Source: a virus. From it: a stretch of DNA of 64,000 nt. The position numbers and the translations under genes were made by a program. The stretch is taken from IMG/VR virus record IMGVR_UViG_3300046167_000873, positions 86,921 to 150,920 of that record; one strand, 5' to 3'. Each line of letters opens with the position of its first letter. The first letter of the stretch is position 1. Of this stretch, positions 20,188 to 29,035 are shown in pieces. The notes under the pieces were generated by a model. That model did no database searches and was not told where the DNA came from. It saw nothing but the letters and a program-made list of their open reading frames with translations.

Positions 20188-22695
20188 ATGTCAGCAGCGT
20201 CAGTAGCAAAGATCTATAAAAGATTAGAGAAATTAAAAACAACATCAAGAGGCGTTGGCAAAGCTGGCGGTGATGTCCATAAAGCTGCCAGTGGTTCAGT
20301 CAGATCTATTACCAATATTATTAAAGGTGGTACATTAGGTGCTGTAGGTACCAGTTTATTGACTGGTCCAGATGTTCAACAACAAACTAACTTTGCTGCA
20401 CCTTTTTCTGTTGACTATACTAATCAAGCATCGAGGGTCATTGAAGACCCGATTATTGATGTACCGAATATAGTAGCTGCAGTTGAATCTGAAGAAATAG
20501 ATCAAACTCTACCAGAAGCACCAGAAAAAATTGATTTAACAACAACCGAAGAAATACCAGTTGTAGCTGAGGTTGATCCTAAAATTGTTGTTGAGAATTA
20601 TTTTAATAATGAATTAAAACCAATTCCTATTGAAGCGTCGCTACCAGCAAGCGTTTCATTTTCTGCAGAATCGCCTGAATTCCAAGCACTTCAAACTGAT
20701 GTCCAAAAACTGAATGGTTTATTGAATACAATCGGTGTTCGAATGAATACCGTTGAAGAAGCAATTGAATCTGCTGTACTTCAAAACCAAAAAACACTTA
20801 GAGATAATGAAAGGCGCAGAGACGAATCAGATGTAGAAGAAAGACCACAACCACAACAGCAGCAAAAACAACCTGGCGCACTAAGTAAAGCTGGTGATTT
20901 TATTGGTGCTGCACTTGGAGCACAACTCGCAAGATATACTCTACCCGCTATTGCATTACTTGGCGCTTCACTTGCTAGTTCTGCTGAATCTGCGTTTGAA
21001 GATGATAGTGAAGAAGCACTTGTCGAAGAGATGGATACAATTGATTCGATGCACGAGAACTATGTAAAAGCAACTGTTGGTGTTATGGCTGCAAAGTCGA
21101 CAGGCGCACTTAAAACAATTGCTGTAGGTTCTGCAATAGGAATAAGTCAGCTCAATGAAAAAGTTCCAAATGTAAAGACTGCTGTAAGCGCTCCTATGAA
21201 AAGAGCTACCCAAGCAATTGTAACAAAATCAGCACCTGTAACCACAGCAGTTAATTCGGCTTTAAAGTCTATTAAAGATATTCGGCCTAATCCAGTCATG
21301 ACTAAAGTTGTAGCTGGTTTAAAAGCATTATCTCAATTTATTACTTCTTTTGCTAAGAGTGTCGCAACTCCTTTATTGTCTAGTGCTTCTCGCTTATTAA
21401 CACCCGTTGCTGATGTTGCAGGAAAGGTCTTAAAAAGCGTGCTTGCAAAACCAGTTAATTGGTATGTAGGTATAGAGGCATTATTTTTGGCAATATCAAT
21501 GGGTGATGCATACCTAATAAACCCATCGCCAGAAGCAGAAAAAGCATTTCACAAAGAGACCAAAACAGCAATCAATAAGCTCATTGATATCATGGGTGGT
21601 ACATATATTGCTACGATGATTGGTGTTGCAATTGGTGGATCACTCGGCACTTTAGTATTACCAGTATTTGGTACTGTAGCAGGAACAATAATTGGTGCAA
21701 TATTTGGCATAATGCTTGGTGAGACTGTTTTTCAAATACTGCCGATCGATTCCATTGTCAATGCTACATACGATTATTTTATAAGGGGTGATAAAACAGC
21801 GTTTAATTCCCTTGGCAATAAAATGCTAAATCATGTTAAAAAAGAGCTTGCTGGATATGCGGACAGTTTGATTGAGACCGTCGATATAGTAACAGGTGGT
21901 GGTATTGAATTAGCCACGACTGAAGATATCTTATCTGAGTATGGTGATTTGACTCCAGTAAAATTACTCGACCAGGCTATGTCTGGTGTTGGTACTGATG
22001 AGAATGCAATTGCATACGCGTTTAAAGATATAAAGACTGAAGCACAAAGAGTTGCTATAAATGAAGCATACAAAGCTGAGACTGGATTAGATCTAGATGT
22101 ACAGCTAAAAAGTGAATTAAGCTCGTCTGAATATACAAAACTTGAACAGCAAATTAGCAAACAATTACAGAGACCAGTTCGAAGTGTACAAATCAACAAT
22201 ATAGAAACGGATATTGTAGAATCGAATATTGTACCGGCAGAGGTTGCACCAAACCAACAATCGCTTGTTCAACCAGTACGCACTGATGCTACTGTAACAT
22301 CATTAACAAAACCTAATATAACCACAAGTGGAAACATATTAGAAGTTATGACAGCGCCTCAGGGAGTTGTGGTGCCGCCTGCACAAGAAACAGAACAGAT
22401 TATTTCAAACATCTTAAATGAATCTACGGTGGTACAAGAAAAAATTGTTGATAATATGAACGTAACCAATATTAACACAGCAACGATAAGAAGCATACCA
22501 GATATTAGAATGGCTACTGTTGAACAAAAAGCTGGAGAAGGTGCTATTATTCCTATTATAGTTCAACCAAAAATAAGTCAACAACAATTTCAAAATCCGC
22601 TAGGATCAACATCTGGTCAATCGCAAATTGATACAGCAAGATCTGGATATAGAACAAGCGATGAATTCTTATCAAACTCATCGCTTCAGACTTAG
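20188..22695 (+). CDS. Tape-measure/gp29-like hub protein with a glycine-rich hydrophobic segment and one annexin-like repeat
   Basis: Follows gp26-gp51; coiled coils; IGVAIGGSLGTLVLPVFGTVAGTIIGAIFG; AMSGVGTDE...LKSELS annexin signature. Confidence 0.7.
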   Translation: MSAASVAKIYKRLEKLKTTSRGVGKAGGDVHKAASGSVRSITNIIKGGTLGAVGTSLLTGPDVQQQTNFAAPFSVDYTNQASRVIEDPIIDVPNIVAAVESEEIDQTLPEAPEKIDLTTTEEIPVVAEVDPKIVVENYFNNELKPIPIEASLPASVSFSAESPEFQALQTDVQKLNGLLNTIGVRMNTVEEAIESAVLQNQKTLRDNERRRDESDVEERPQPQQQQKQPGALSKAGDFIGAALGAQLARYTLPAIALLGASLASSAESAFEDDSEEALVEEMDTIDSMHENYVKATVGVMAAKSTGALKTIAVGSAIGISQLNEKVPNVKTAVSAPMKRATQAIVTKSAPVTTAVNSALKSIKDIRPNPVMTKVVAGLKALSQFITSFAKSVATPLLSSASRLLTPVADVAGKVLKSVLAKPVNWYVGIEALFLAISMGDAYLINPSPEAEKAFHKETKTAINKLIDIMGGTYIATMIGVAIGGSLGTLVLPVFGTVAGTIIGAIFGIMLGETVFQILPIDSIVNATYDYFIRGDKTAFNSLGNKMLNHVKKELAGYADSLIETVDIVTGGGIELATTEDILSEYGDLTPVKLLDQAMSGVGTDENAIAYAFKDIKTEAQRVAINEAYKAETGLDLDVQLKSELSSSEYTKLEQQISKQLQRPVRSVQINNIETDIVESNIVPAEVAPNQQSLVQPVRTDATVTSLTKPNITTSGNILEVMTAPQGVVVPPAQETEQIISNILNESTVVQEKIVDNMNVTNINTATIRSIPDIRMATVEQKAGEGAIIPIIVQPKISQQQFQNPLGSTSGQSQIDTARSGYRTSDEFLSNSSLQT

Positions 22696-22907
22696 GACTT
22701 TAGGACTCTTGCAATTTCTTCTTGAGTAAACTCACCCCATGTCTGATCGCCTGATGCTGCACGCTTCCATAAAGACTTAAGCTCTTGTAGCGTCCATGAT
22801 TCTTTACCGGTACCTTGAAGTATATCATCAAGAAGGCGGACGCAATAGGCCTCAGTGTAAACTGCTGAACGCGCTAGTCGCTGCCAGTTCATTTTTTGGA
22901 CATCCAT
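22692..22907 (-). CDS. Hypothetical protein
   Basis: 71 aa ORF with AGGAG RBS. Confidence 0.65.
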   Translation of the reverse strand: MDVQKMNWQRLARSAVYTEAYCVRLLDDILQGTGKESWTLQELKSLWKRAASGDQTWGEFTQEEIARVLKS

Positions 22908-22930
22908 ATTTTTCTCCTATTGACAGACTT

Positions 22931-22955
22931 AAAAAGCCCCTTAAATAAAAGGGGC
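22931..22955 (-). terminator. Rho-independent terminator
   Basis: GCCCCTT-6-AAGGGGC hairpin with a T5 tract on the - strand. Confidence 0.6.
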
Positions 22956-23156
22956 GAGAGATGAAAGCTTAGGCTTTTTTAATTGCTTTAAGAATTCTCC
23001 AAGATCAGACCATCCTTGTTGCTTATGAATAGCGGTTAACCATTCGTGCATCGCCTCGTTTTCCTTTTTAAGATTTTCCATCTTTGCGTTGTACTCAATC
23101 TCTACTGCTGAACGCACCATTCGACGTGCTTCTTTAATTTCTTTTTCAATATTCAT
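22941..23156 (-). CDS. Hypothetical protein
   Basis: 71 aa ORF whose start overlaps the upstream stop. Confidence 0.65.
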   Translation of the reverse strand: MNIEKEIKEARRMVRSAVEIEYNAKMENLKKENEAMHEWLTAIHKQQGWSDLGEFLKQLKKPKLSSLAPFI

Positions 23157-23380
23157 TATGACACCTCAGAAAAAGCTTGAATTTCACGATACTCACCACC
23201 AACAGGCCAAACATAAAACTTCATATTAATACTATGGCTATTCAATATGCCAACTTCAGGATTAGCTTGAAGCCATTCTTGTACATCTTCAAGCCACTTA
23301 ACGTTAGCAGCATATTCTAGATCTTGCTTGATCTCTTTAGGTGTAAGCCGTTTTTGATCGCGGGCTTCAGACCACAACAT
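23156..23380 (-). CDS. Hypothetical protein
   Basis: 74 aa ORF, TAATG coupling, AGGAGG RBS. Confidence 0.7.
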   Translation of the reverse strand: MLWSEARDQKRLTPKEIKQDLEYAANVKWLEDVQEWLQANPEVGILNSHSINMKFYVWPVGGEYREIQAFSEVS

Positions 23381-23736
23381 TACGCTGCCTCCTTAACTTC
23401 AGTGAATCCAAAAGGATCTACCATGTAAGACGTATTTGTAGTTTCGTCTACAATGATATCACCGACAGAGATTGAATGCATTTTATGCAACACATTCATT
23501 GAACCTTTGCACACATTTCCAATATGAAATACCTCATCAAGATCGTTGGCTTCAACAGTAGCAACACGCTTAAACAGTGGCATCATGTCAGCAGTAAACT
23601 TTTCTGAACCGAAACATTTGACATCTCGTTGGATGCGAATCTCAAGATCAAAGCTTCCATGATCACCACCCCAACCGACATTGTTGAGTACGTCTATAGC
23701 TTCTTTTGAAATTTTGTTCTGCCAAATTGAATACAT
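23380..23736 (-). CDS. YodL-like domain protein
   Basis: LDEVFHIGN...HSISVGDIIV...YMVDPFGFTEV; true start MYSIWQ right after the repeated leader. Confidence 0.7.
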   Translation of the reverse strand: MYSIWQNKISKEAIDVLNNVGWGGDHGSFDLEIRIQRDVKCFGSEKFTADMMPLFKRVATVEANDLDEVFHIGNVCKGSMNVLHKMHSISVGDIIVDETTNTSYMVDPFGFTEVKEAA

Positions 23737-23809
23737 AATCTTCTCTCTTTTTAAGTGGTTGCTCAATTGATGAAACCATTATAGTACAGTTCTTTTGAAA
23801 AGTAAACAC
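23737..23809 (-). promoter_or_regulatory. Early promoter-leader cassette, copy 1
   Basis: GTGTTTACT-17 nt-TATAAT, then GGTTTCATCAA...GAGAGAAGATTATG. Confidence 0.8.
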
Positions 23810-23820
23810 TTTTTTTTAAA

Positions 23821-23846
23821 AAAAAGAGAGCTTTTGCTCTCTTTTT
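23821..23846. terminator. Bidirectional rho-independent terminator after gene 32
   Basis: AAAAAGAGAGC-TTTT-GCTCTCTTTTT perfect inverted repeat. Confidence 0.85.
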
Positions 23847-23861
23847 CTTGGTTCTTCTTGG

Positions 23862-24851
23862 TTAGAATGGAATGTTATCTCCTTCCGAAGAAGTTTTATC
23901 TTCCCAATTCTTAAAGAAGTCTAGGTCATCATCATCGTCAGAGGCTTGCGGCGCTTCAGGTGCAGGCGCTTTAAAGTCTTCAGTTGGTGGTGTCCATGCA
24001 GCTTCAGTAGCAGGTTCAGGTGTAGGTGTAGCAACAGGTGCTTCCCAATCTGAATCTTGATTTGCTGGTGTTGGGCTTTTAAGATCTAAAACCCAGTCAA
24101 GCTTATCTTTAAGATCATCGTACGACTTAAAGTTGCTTTCAGCATTAATCTCTTCAAGAGAATATTGCTTCTTCCAGATGTTCTCAAGAACCTGATCGTC
24201 GTTATGAAGAGCTGAAGATGAATCGAAGTAAGACTTATCGTATGTCATAAAGTTATTTGAACCTTTATAGATACGCAACCTAAAGTTAGCACCTTCCCAA
24301 AAATCAAATGGGTTAATTGCTTCGTCTTCTTCAAACTCTGGATGCATCTTATCATTGATCATACTAAAGATACTAGGACCATACTCAAACAGAAAAACAC
24401 GGCCTTCATTTTCTTTGTTTGCAGGATCTTTGATAACAAGAATATTAGAAACATATTTGTTGCTGCGCTTTTGACGACGAGCTTGATTACGAGCAGGTCC
24501 GTCGTTATCATCGCTGCTGTCCCATAAAGCTTTATTCATTTCAGATACTGGATCGGGTTGGTTAATGGTTGCTCGCGAGCGTTCAATATACCAACGCTTT
24601 TGGCCACCCACTATATTATTGAAACTGTGAGTCCAGTACTTTGTGAAAGGTACATCTTCGTTTTCTGGTGCTGGCAAAAATCGAATAATGGCAGAACCGT
24701 TATCTGATTCATCACGCTTAAGTTTCCAATAGCGTGGGTCAGGTTCATATTCTTTCTTTGCTGGTCGAGAATTACCAGATGCTATATTGGCTTTATCTGC
24801 AAGTGCACCGAATTGGCTCTTGCGGTTGGCTTTTAATTGACTAAAGTCCAT
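23862..24851 (-). CDS. gp32: Single-stranded DNA-binding protein gp32
   Basis: DPRYWKL, GSAIIRFLPA, WYIE, NILVIKDPANKENEGRVFL, NPFDFWEGANFRLRI, YDKS, acidic tail. Confidence 0.96.
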   Translation of the reverse strand: MDFSQLKANRKSQFGALADKANIASGNSRPAKKEYEPDPRYWKLKRDESDNGSAIIRFLPAPENEDVPFTKYWTHSFNNIVGGQKRWYIERSRATINQPDPVSEMNKALWDSSDDNDGPARNQARRQKRSNKYVSNILVIKDPANKENEGRVFLFEYGPSIFSMINDKMHPEFEEDEAINPFDFWEGANFRLRIYKGSNNFMTYDKSYFDSSSALHNDDQVLENIWKKQYSLEEINAESNFKSYDDLKDKLDWVLDLKSPTPANQDSDWEAPVATPTPEPATEAAWTPPTEDFKAPAPEAPQASDDDDDLDFFKNWEDKTSSEGDNIPF

Positions 24852-24925
24852 ATGTATATCCTTTTTAACTATTTTGAAATATTTTTTTAAATGTTTTTAA
24901 AGGCCGACAAACAGCGTCGGCCATA

Positions 24926-24933
24926 TATTTATA
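24926..24933 (-). promoter_or_regulatory. T4-type late promoter TATAAATA upstream of gene 32
   Basis: Exact match in the intergenic region. Confidence 0.65.
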
Positions 24934-24937
24934 CCAC

Positions 24938-25138
24938 TTAGGAGTTAGCGAGGCTATAGAAGCTTCGTGTTTCACCTTTAGAGTTAGTTCGCTGAGTAGT
25001 TACAATATTATTACCTGCGGAGCGCAAGTGTGTAATTACTGCAGTTGGGTTGGCAACACGAAATCGTGCAGCAATTTGCTTTGCAGTCATTGAAGCACCT
25101 GATTGCATAGCTGAAAGAACTCGTTGACCTTGTGACAT
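24938..25138 (-). CDS. Small winged helix-turn-helix protein
   Basis: RVLSAMQSGASMTAKQIAARFRVANPTAVITHLRSAGNNI...FYSL fits a wHTH pattern; GGAGA RBS. Confidence 0.75.
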   Translation of the reverse strand: MSQGQRVLSAMQSGASMTAKQIAARFRVANPTAVITHLRSAGNNIVTTQRTNSKGETRSFYSLANS

Positions 25139-25201
25139 AATGTTTCTCCAAATTTAAGTTTAGGTTTTGATTATTTTAAATGGATAATCAACCATTGTTG
25201 C

Positions 25202-25230
25202 ATCCTACACATGTGTGTAGAATTTGTACA
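25202..25230 (-). promoter_or_regulatory. Promoter of the TGTACA-N17-TAG(A/G)AT class, overlapped by a palindrome
   Basis: TGTACA at 25225-25230, 17-nt spacer, TAGGAT; same layout at 27607 and 34549. Confidence 0.55.
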
Positions 25231-25238
25231 ATACTATT

Positions 25239-25832
25239 TTAAAAAAGTTGCTTTAAGATAGTGTTGTACTCTTCTTTGTCGTACCGTGAATTTAAGAACT
25301 CACCATACTTCAAAAGACTTTTCTTTATCTTTGGCCAGATGATTTCATCTGCGATAGTCTTATCCCAATAATTAAAAATATTGAGAGTACCATTCAGTAT
25401 ACACAACGTTTCAGCAGATACTTTCTTCTGTTGGAACATTTTAAATATCTTAGGGTATTCTCCTTGTCTAACCACGAGAGCATCATCTAATGAATCACAC
25501 TGCTTAACCTCATTGCAAAAATGGTACTTAAGACCCATTAGATTCTTCTTAGTATGTTTCCACGCTGTCTGTGTTGGGGCATCACAGAGATTGCCAATCC
25601 ATACGTCTGGATTATCACGTAAAACACTTGCAAGAAATATTTCAAAGTCATCAACATTACCTTTAAACTTCATGGCAAGTTTATGAAACTGATAACGATC
25701 CTTACGTGTTTCGAAACTTGATGCTGTTAACTTGACTTTACCACCATATCGAAAATAGCTATAGCTATCATTTTTAAAATGTATTTTGACAGCCATGTAT
25801 TTCTTGTAAGCTTCAAATGCATCCATTATCAA
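25239..25832 (-). CDS. gp59: Helicase loader gp59
   Basis: AFEAYKKYMAVKIHF..YSYFRYGGK..FETRKDRYQFHKL, ETLCIL, IIWP..KY; between gp33 and gp32. Confidence 0.92.
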   Translation of the reverse strand: MIMDAFEAYKKYMAVKIHFKNDSYSYFRYGGKVKLTASSFETRKDRYQFHKLAMKFKGNVDDFEIFLASVLRDNPDVWIGNLCDAPTQTAWKHTKKNLMGLKYHFCNEVKQCDSLDDALVVRQGEYPKIFKMFQQKKVSAETLCILNGTLNIFNYWDKTIADEIIWPKIKKSLLKYGEFLNSRYDKEEYNTILKQLF

Positions 25833-26074
25833 ATCGGTAACCTCGGCATTTTATTCAAGTAATTTAAATCTTCTGCTTCTTGTTGAAGCTTTGCTTTTAG
25901 TACAACATTCTTCTTAATGTATTTCGCTATTGACTCAATTTCAACATCATTTTTCTCGCAGTAAACAATAATTGCAGACATATAGTCGCCATTATTAGAT
26001 TTTGCAATATCATCTATTTCACTAAAGATTCGTTGCAACAGTATTGCTTCCGAATCATCTATTAATTCTGGCAC
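25829..26074 (-). CDS. gp33: Late-transcription coactivator gp33
   Basis: FSEID..YMSAIIVYCEKNDVEIE..LKAKLQQEAEDLNYL..RLPI. Confidence 0.92.
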   Translation of the reverse strand: MPELIDDSEAILLQRIFSEIDDIAKSNNGDYMSAIIVYCEKNDVEIESIAKYIKKNVVLKAKLQQEAEDLNYLNKMPRLPI

Positions 26075-26076
26075 AA

Positions 26077-26382
26077 TCAGACGCCGAAAAAGTCAGCCGG
26101 TACAACTTGACCAACCAAAAGATTTTTTAGTGTTGGCTTTGTCTGCCGTGAGAGCCACCGTTCTTCAAGATTAGCATCGGCTTTTACCGCAAGTATTACA
26201 AGCTGATTCTTAGTGTATACACTCAAATCTTCTTGGGTAATAACAATAGTACTTGATTCTTGTGGTTCATCACCTTCTACAACTCCGCTGCTGTTATCTC
26301 GAGCCATGACGAACAAGATGGCCAGTATAGCCAGTCCGACGACGAGTAGTACTAATTCTAAAGTTTGTTCAGCAAGATCCAT
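26077..26382 (-). CDS. Hypothetical membrane-anchored protein
   Basis: N-terminal transmembrane stretch LVLLVVGLAILAILFVMA; GGAGA RBS. Confidence 0.7.
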   Translation of the reverse strand: MDLAEQTLELVLLVVGLAILAILFVMARDNSSGVVEGDEPQESSTIVITQEDLSVYTKNQLVILAVKADANLEERWLSRQTKPTLKNLLVGQVVPADFFGV

Positions 26383-26409
26383 ATGGTTTTCTCCGTTGTG
26401 TGTTGTGTA

Positions 26410-26469
26410 TTAAAGAGTCAATAAAATGCCAATGATAATCCAAAGCGTAATGCGTAGTTCCATATCCAT
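26410..26469 (-). CDS. Putative 19-aa hydrophobic microprotein
   Basis: Manual translation MDMELRITLWIIIGILLTL*, preceded by GGAGG. Confidence 0.5.
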   Translation of the reverse strand: MDMELRITLWIIIGILLTL

Positions 26470-26496
26470 GATTTTGTCCTCCCTATCGTTGATGTT

Positions 26497-26533
26497 AAAA
26501 AAAGGCGGCTTTCGTCAAAGACTAATCACCGCC
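26497..26533 (-). terminator. Putative terminator after the DUF932 gene
   Basis: GGCGG...CCGCC stem followed by T7 on the - strand. Confidence 0.5.
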
Positions 26534-26539
26534 AAAGGG

Positions 26540-27541
26540 TTACGCCGCTTCGGCGTACTCGCAAGCCAGACCAAGGGCTTCGATATTTGTGTTCTTGTTG
26601 GCACCATACCATGTTGACTGCAGACGTGTATCTGCGCTGTTGCCTAATGTGTGGTTAGTCATATAAGTTACAGCGTTATATGCTGCCCACCATGATCCAC
26701 GACCAAGATCTGCACCAGGTTGTGTATCAATTACTTCAAGAGCATTAACTGCATTTCGTGAAAGCACGTTTTCACCTTTACGAATTTTGTTCATCATCTC
26801 TTCAAACGAAACAACATCGTTTTTTGTTGTCTTAGGAAAGACTCGAGCGAAGTACTCAGTCAGCTTCTCTTGAGAGAATCGCTTAGAACTTAAGAACTCA
26901 GATGCTTCTCGATATGTTTCCATGTGCTTTGAAGCAGCATCGAGTGCAGCCTTTACTTTCTCAACATCAAACTCTTGACGGTGATTCACTGAGATACCGA
27001 GTTCAGCTTTACCACTAAGAGCGAGTGAGAGAGTATTGTTGCACACAACACGAGTTGGTGTAAACCGTACATCAACACCACGACCATAATTATGTGGATT
27101 AGAAAGCAGCATATAGGATTCTACTTCGTCTTTACCACCGAACAGTGAAAAGGTTTCATTGACTTTTGCCAAGCCCCAAATGATTTTGCCTTCTTTCAAA
27201 GAACCAGCAGTGTGCATAGTCATACCACCTGCTTTTACATAATCATCGAAGAAGTTAAACGCGTCTTCGTTTTGTACTGGAATCCACTGATCACCAACAA
27301 CATCAAGTACTTTGTTATCAGAAGAACGCACTAACGCTTTCTTGCCAGGTACCGTAATTGTTTCATCACCGACATTAGTTTGCAGTGGGAATCGCTCAAC
27401 TGACCAATCAAGACCGGCAGCTTCCATGATTTCTTGAGGTGTTAGATTATCACCAACCCTTACACCAAGACCGTGCCAAGGAAGATCACCTGCGTAGGCC
27501 ATCTGAGCTTGACCGTTAATAATTTCCAATTCGTGACTCAT
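26540..27541 (-). CDS. DUF932 family protein (TIGR03299-like)
   Basis: MSHELE..MAYAGDLPWHGLG, AGLDWSV, TAGSLKEGK, TPTRVVCNNTL, WWAAYNAVT. Confidence 0.92.
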   Translation of the reverse strand: MSHELEIINGQAQMAYAGDLPWHGLGVRVGDNLTPQEIMEAAGLDWSVERFPLQTNVGDETITVPGKKALVRSSDNKVLDVVGDQWIPVQNEDAFNFFDDYVKAGGMTMHTAGSLKEGKIIWGLAKVNETFSLFGGKDEVESYMLLSNPHNYGRGVDVRFTPTRVVCNNTLSLALSGKAELGISVNHRQEFDVEKVKAALDAASKHMETYREASEFLSSKRFSQEKLTEYFARVFPKTTKNDVVSFEEMMNKIRKGENVLSRNAVNALEVIDTQPGADLGRGSWWAAYNAVTYMTNHTLGNSADTRLQSTWYGANKNTNIEALGLACEYAEAA

Positions 27542-27606
27542 AATATTACCCTTTATTAATTTAAGTTTTAACGCTTTTTAACTTCATGTTCTCACATGAT
27601 GAAGAC

Positions 27607-27635
27607 ATTCTATATAGACTAACTTACCTTGTACA
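27607..27635 (-). promoter_or_regulatory. Promoter TGTACA-N17-TAGAAT upstream of the DUF932 gene
   Basis: Exact 17-nt spacing, intergenic. Confidence 0.65.
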
Positions 27636-27662
27636 CATTTTTTTTAACAAATATCTTCTCCT

Positions 27663-27881
27663 TCATTCTTCCGAAAATGTTACGTTAGGTGGTACTTGCT
27701 TACCTATGGCAGTCCAGTAATCTCGACACCATATTCGTGTCTTGAGTATCTGTAGTCGGGTCATCTCTTTGATGACAGGGTCTAGTTCATTCTGAAACAA
27801 GCGGTCTAACTCTTTAGTAATCGCATTCTCAAATATGTGGTATGGATGACGTCCATTACTGAACCCTAGTATCTCACTCAT
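27663..27881 (-). CDS. Hypothetical protein
   Basis: 72 aa ORF, ATGA coupling. Confidence 0.65.
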   Translation of the reverse strand: MSEILGFSNGRHPYHIFENAITKELDRLFQNELDPVIKEMTRLQILKTRIWCRDYWTAIGKQVPPNVTFSEE

Positions 27882-28162
27882 CTTTTAAAATTCCTCAAGA
27901 TATGATTATCGATTGCTGCATCCAGTTTAGGATCTAGATCAAGACCTTTGATCTCGAGTTTGCGACCAAACTCCATGGCATATGAAACGACATAACTTTT
28001 CATTCTCTCACGCCACTCAATTTCTGCAAGTGAATCCAACATGGCGTTTCTTTTTTCTATGTCCTCTTGTATCTCCTTTTTGGCATCAGGAGAGTGTTTC
28101 ATGAGGACTTCCACCATGCTTTGTAACTGTGTGATTTTACTTTCAAGTAGGTTCATATTCAT
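27878..28162 (-). CDS. Hypothetical coiled-coil protein
   Basis: ORF track 27878-28198; likely start MNMNLL at 28162, coupled to the upstream stop. Confidence 0.6.
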   Translation of the reverse strand: MNMNLLESKITQLQSMVEVLMKHSPDAKKEIQEDIEKRNAMLDSLAEIEWRERMKSYVVSYAMEFGRKLEIKGLDLDPKLDAAIDNHILRNFKR

Positions 28163-28323
28163 TTCCAAGCTTCCCATCTTGTTGTATGAGTAGTGCACTC
28201 AATAAACTTGATAAGAACGTCATCTACCTGCACTAAACGTTCTACTATGGATAACCACAAGTCATGCTTTGTCTTGCATTCGTGGATTGGTATTGCTAAC
28301 TCACCGCTCTTAATTAATGTCAT
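28159..28323 (-). CDS. Hypothetical protein (54 aa)
   Basis: Manual translation MTLIKSGELAIPIHECKTKHDLWLSIV...WEAWK*; ATGA overlaps at both ends. Confidence 0.6.
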   Translation of the reverse strand: MTLIKSGELAIPIHECKTKHDLWLSIVERLVQVDDVLIKFIECTTHTTRWEAWK

Positions 28324-28508
28324 AATTTATATTTTCCTCTCCACATCTCACTAAAAAATAAATCAATCGATTCGCCTGTGTGTACTACCATTGCCATGAA
28401 ATCTACGCCATATCTTTTTTCTATGACAACCTTGCTACCTGCATTAGGATGCACTTTAAAAGGATGCACGTAATAGTACTCACCAACTTTAACATCTTGA
28501 GGACTCAC
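28320..28508 (-). CDS. Hypothetical protein (possible SH3-like barrel)
   Basis: 62 aa, DVKVGEYYYV; AGGA RBS. Confidence 0.6.
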   Translation of the reverse strand: MSPQDVKVGEYYYVHPFKVHPNAGSKVVIEKRYGVDFMAMVVHTGESIDLFFSEMWRGKYKL

Positions 28509-28762
28509 GCGTATTCCTTTATGATGGCAGTTGCTAACATAAACAAAGATACTACGTTAAGAATAATAAGTGCGCGATCTTTCCACATGATGCTGACCCA
28601 CAACCATAGAGCTACACCAAAGAATCCAACAACCAAATCAAAATCACGATACTCAACACCCGCAGCTCTAAAAGCCAGGGAAGTTAGAATCAATATGGAT
28701 GCTAGCCATTTAACGTACCAATCAAAATTGTTTGGGTACCACTTAGAATCAGGCTTGCTCAT
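28505..28762 (-). CDS. Small three-helix membrane protein (DUF6552-like)
   Basis: DWYVKWLASILIL...GVALWLWVSIMWKDRALIILN. Confidence 0.75.
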   Translation of the reverse strand: MSKPDSKWYPNNFDWYVKWLASILILTSLAFRAAGVEYRDFDLVVGFFGVALWLWVSIMWKDRALIILNVVSLFMLATAIIKEYA

Positions 28763-29035
28763 TTAATTTGACCCATAATTCTACGGTACTGGTGACGTGC
28801 GATATAGAACAAGTCATCAGCCTGATACTCGTCAAGGTTGTGTTGATTGATGGCGTACTGGTTGCTTGAGTCTTCATAATATGTCTTATATATTGATCTA
28901 TAAGATAGTTATTTGTTCATAATATAAGACATTATGGTCTAAAAGCACTATAACGTCCAGAGCTTCAGTCCACGTGTACGCGCCTCTTTTAAGATTTACT
29001 GCTGTAGTAACAGCAGCTAACATATCATCTGTCAT
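28759..29035 (-). CDS. Hypothetical protein, possibly interrupted by a one-base insertion near 28900
   Basis: MTDDMLAAV...EQITIL* then a shifted open frame YRSIYKTYYEDS...IMGQIK* whose TGA overlaps the next ATG; span is 3n+1. Confidence 0.4.
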
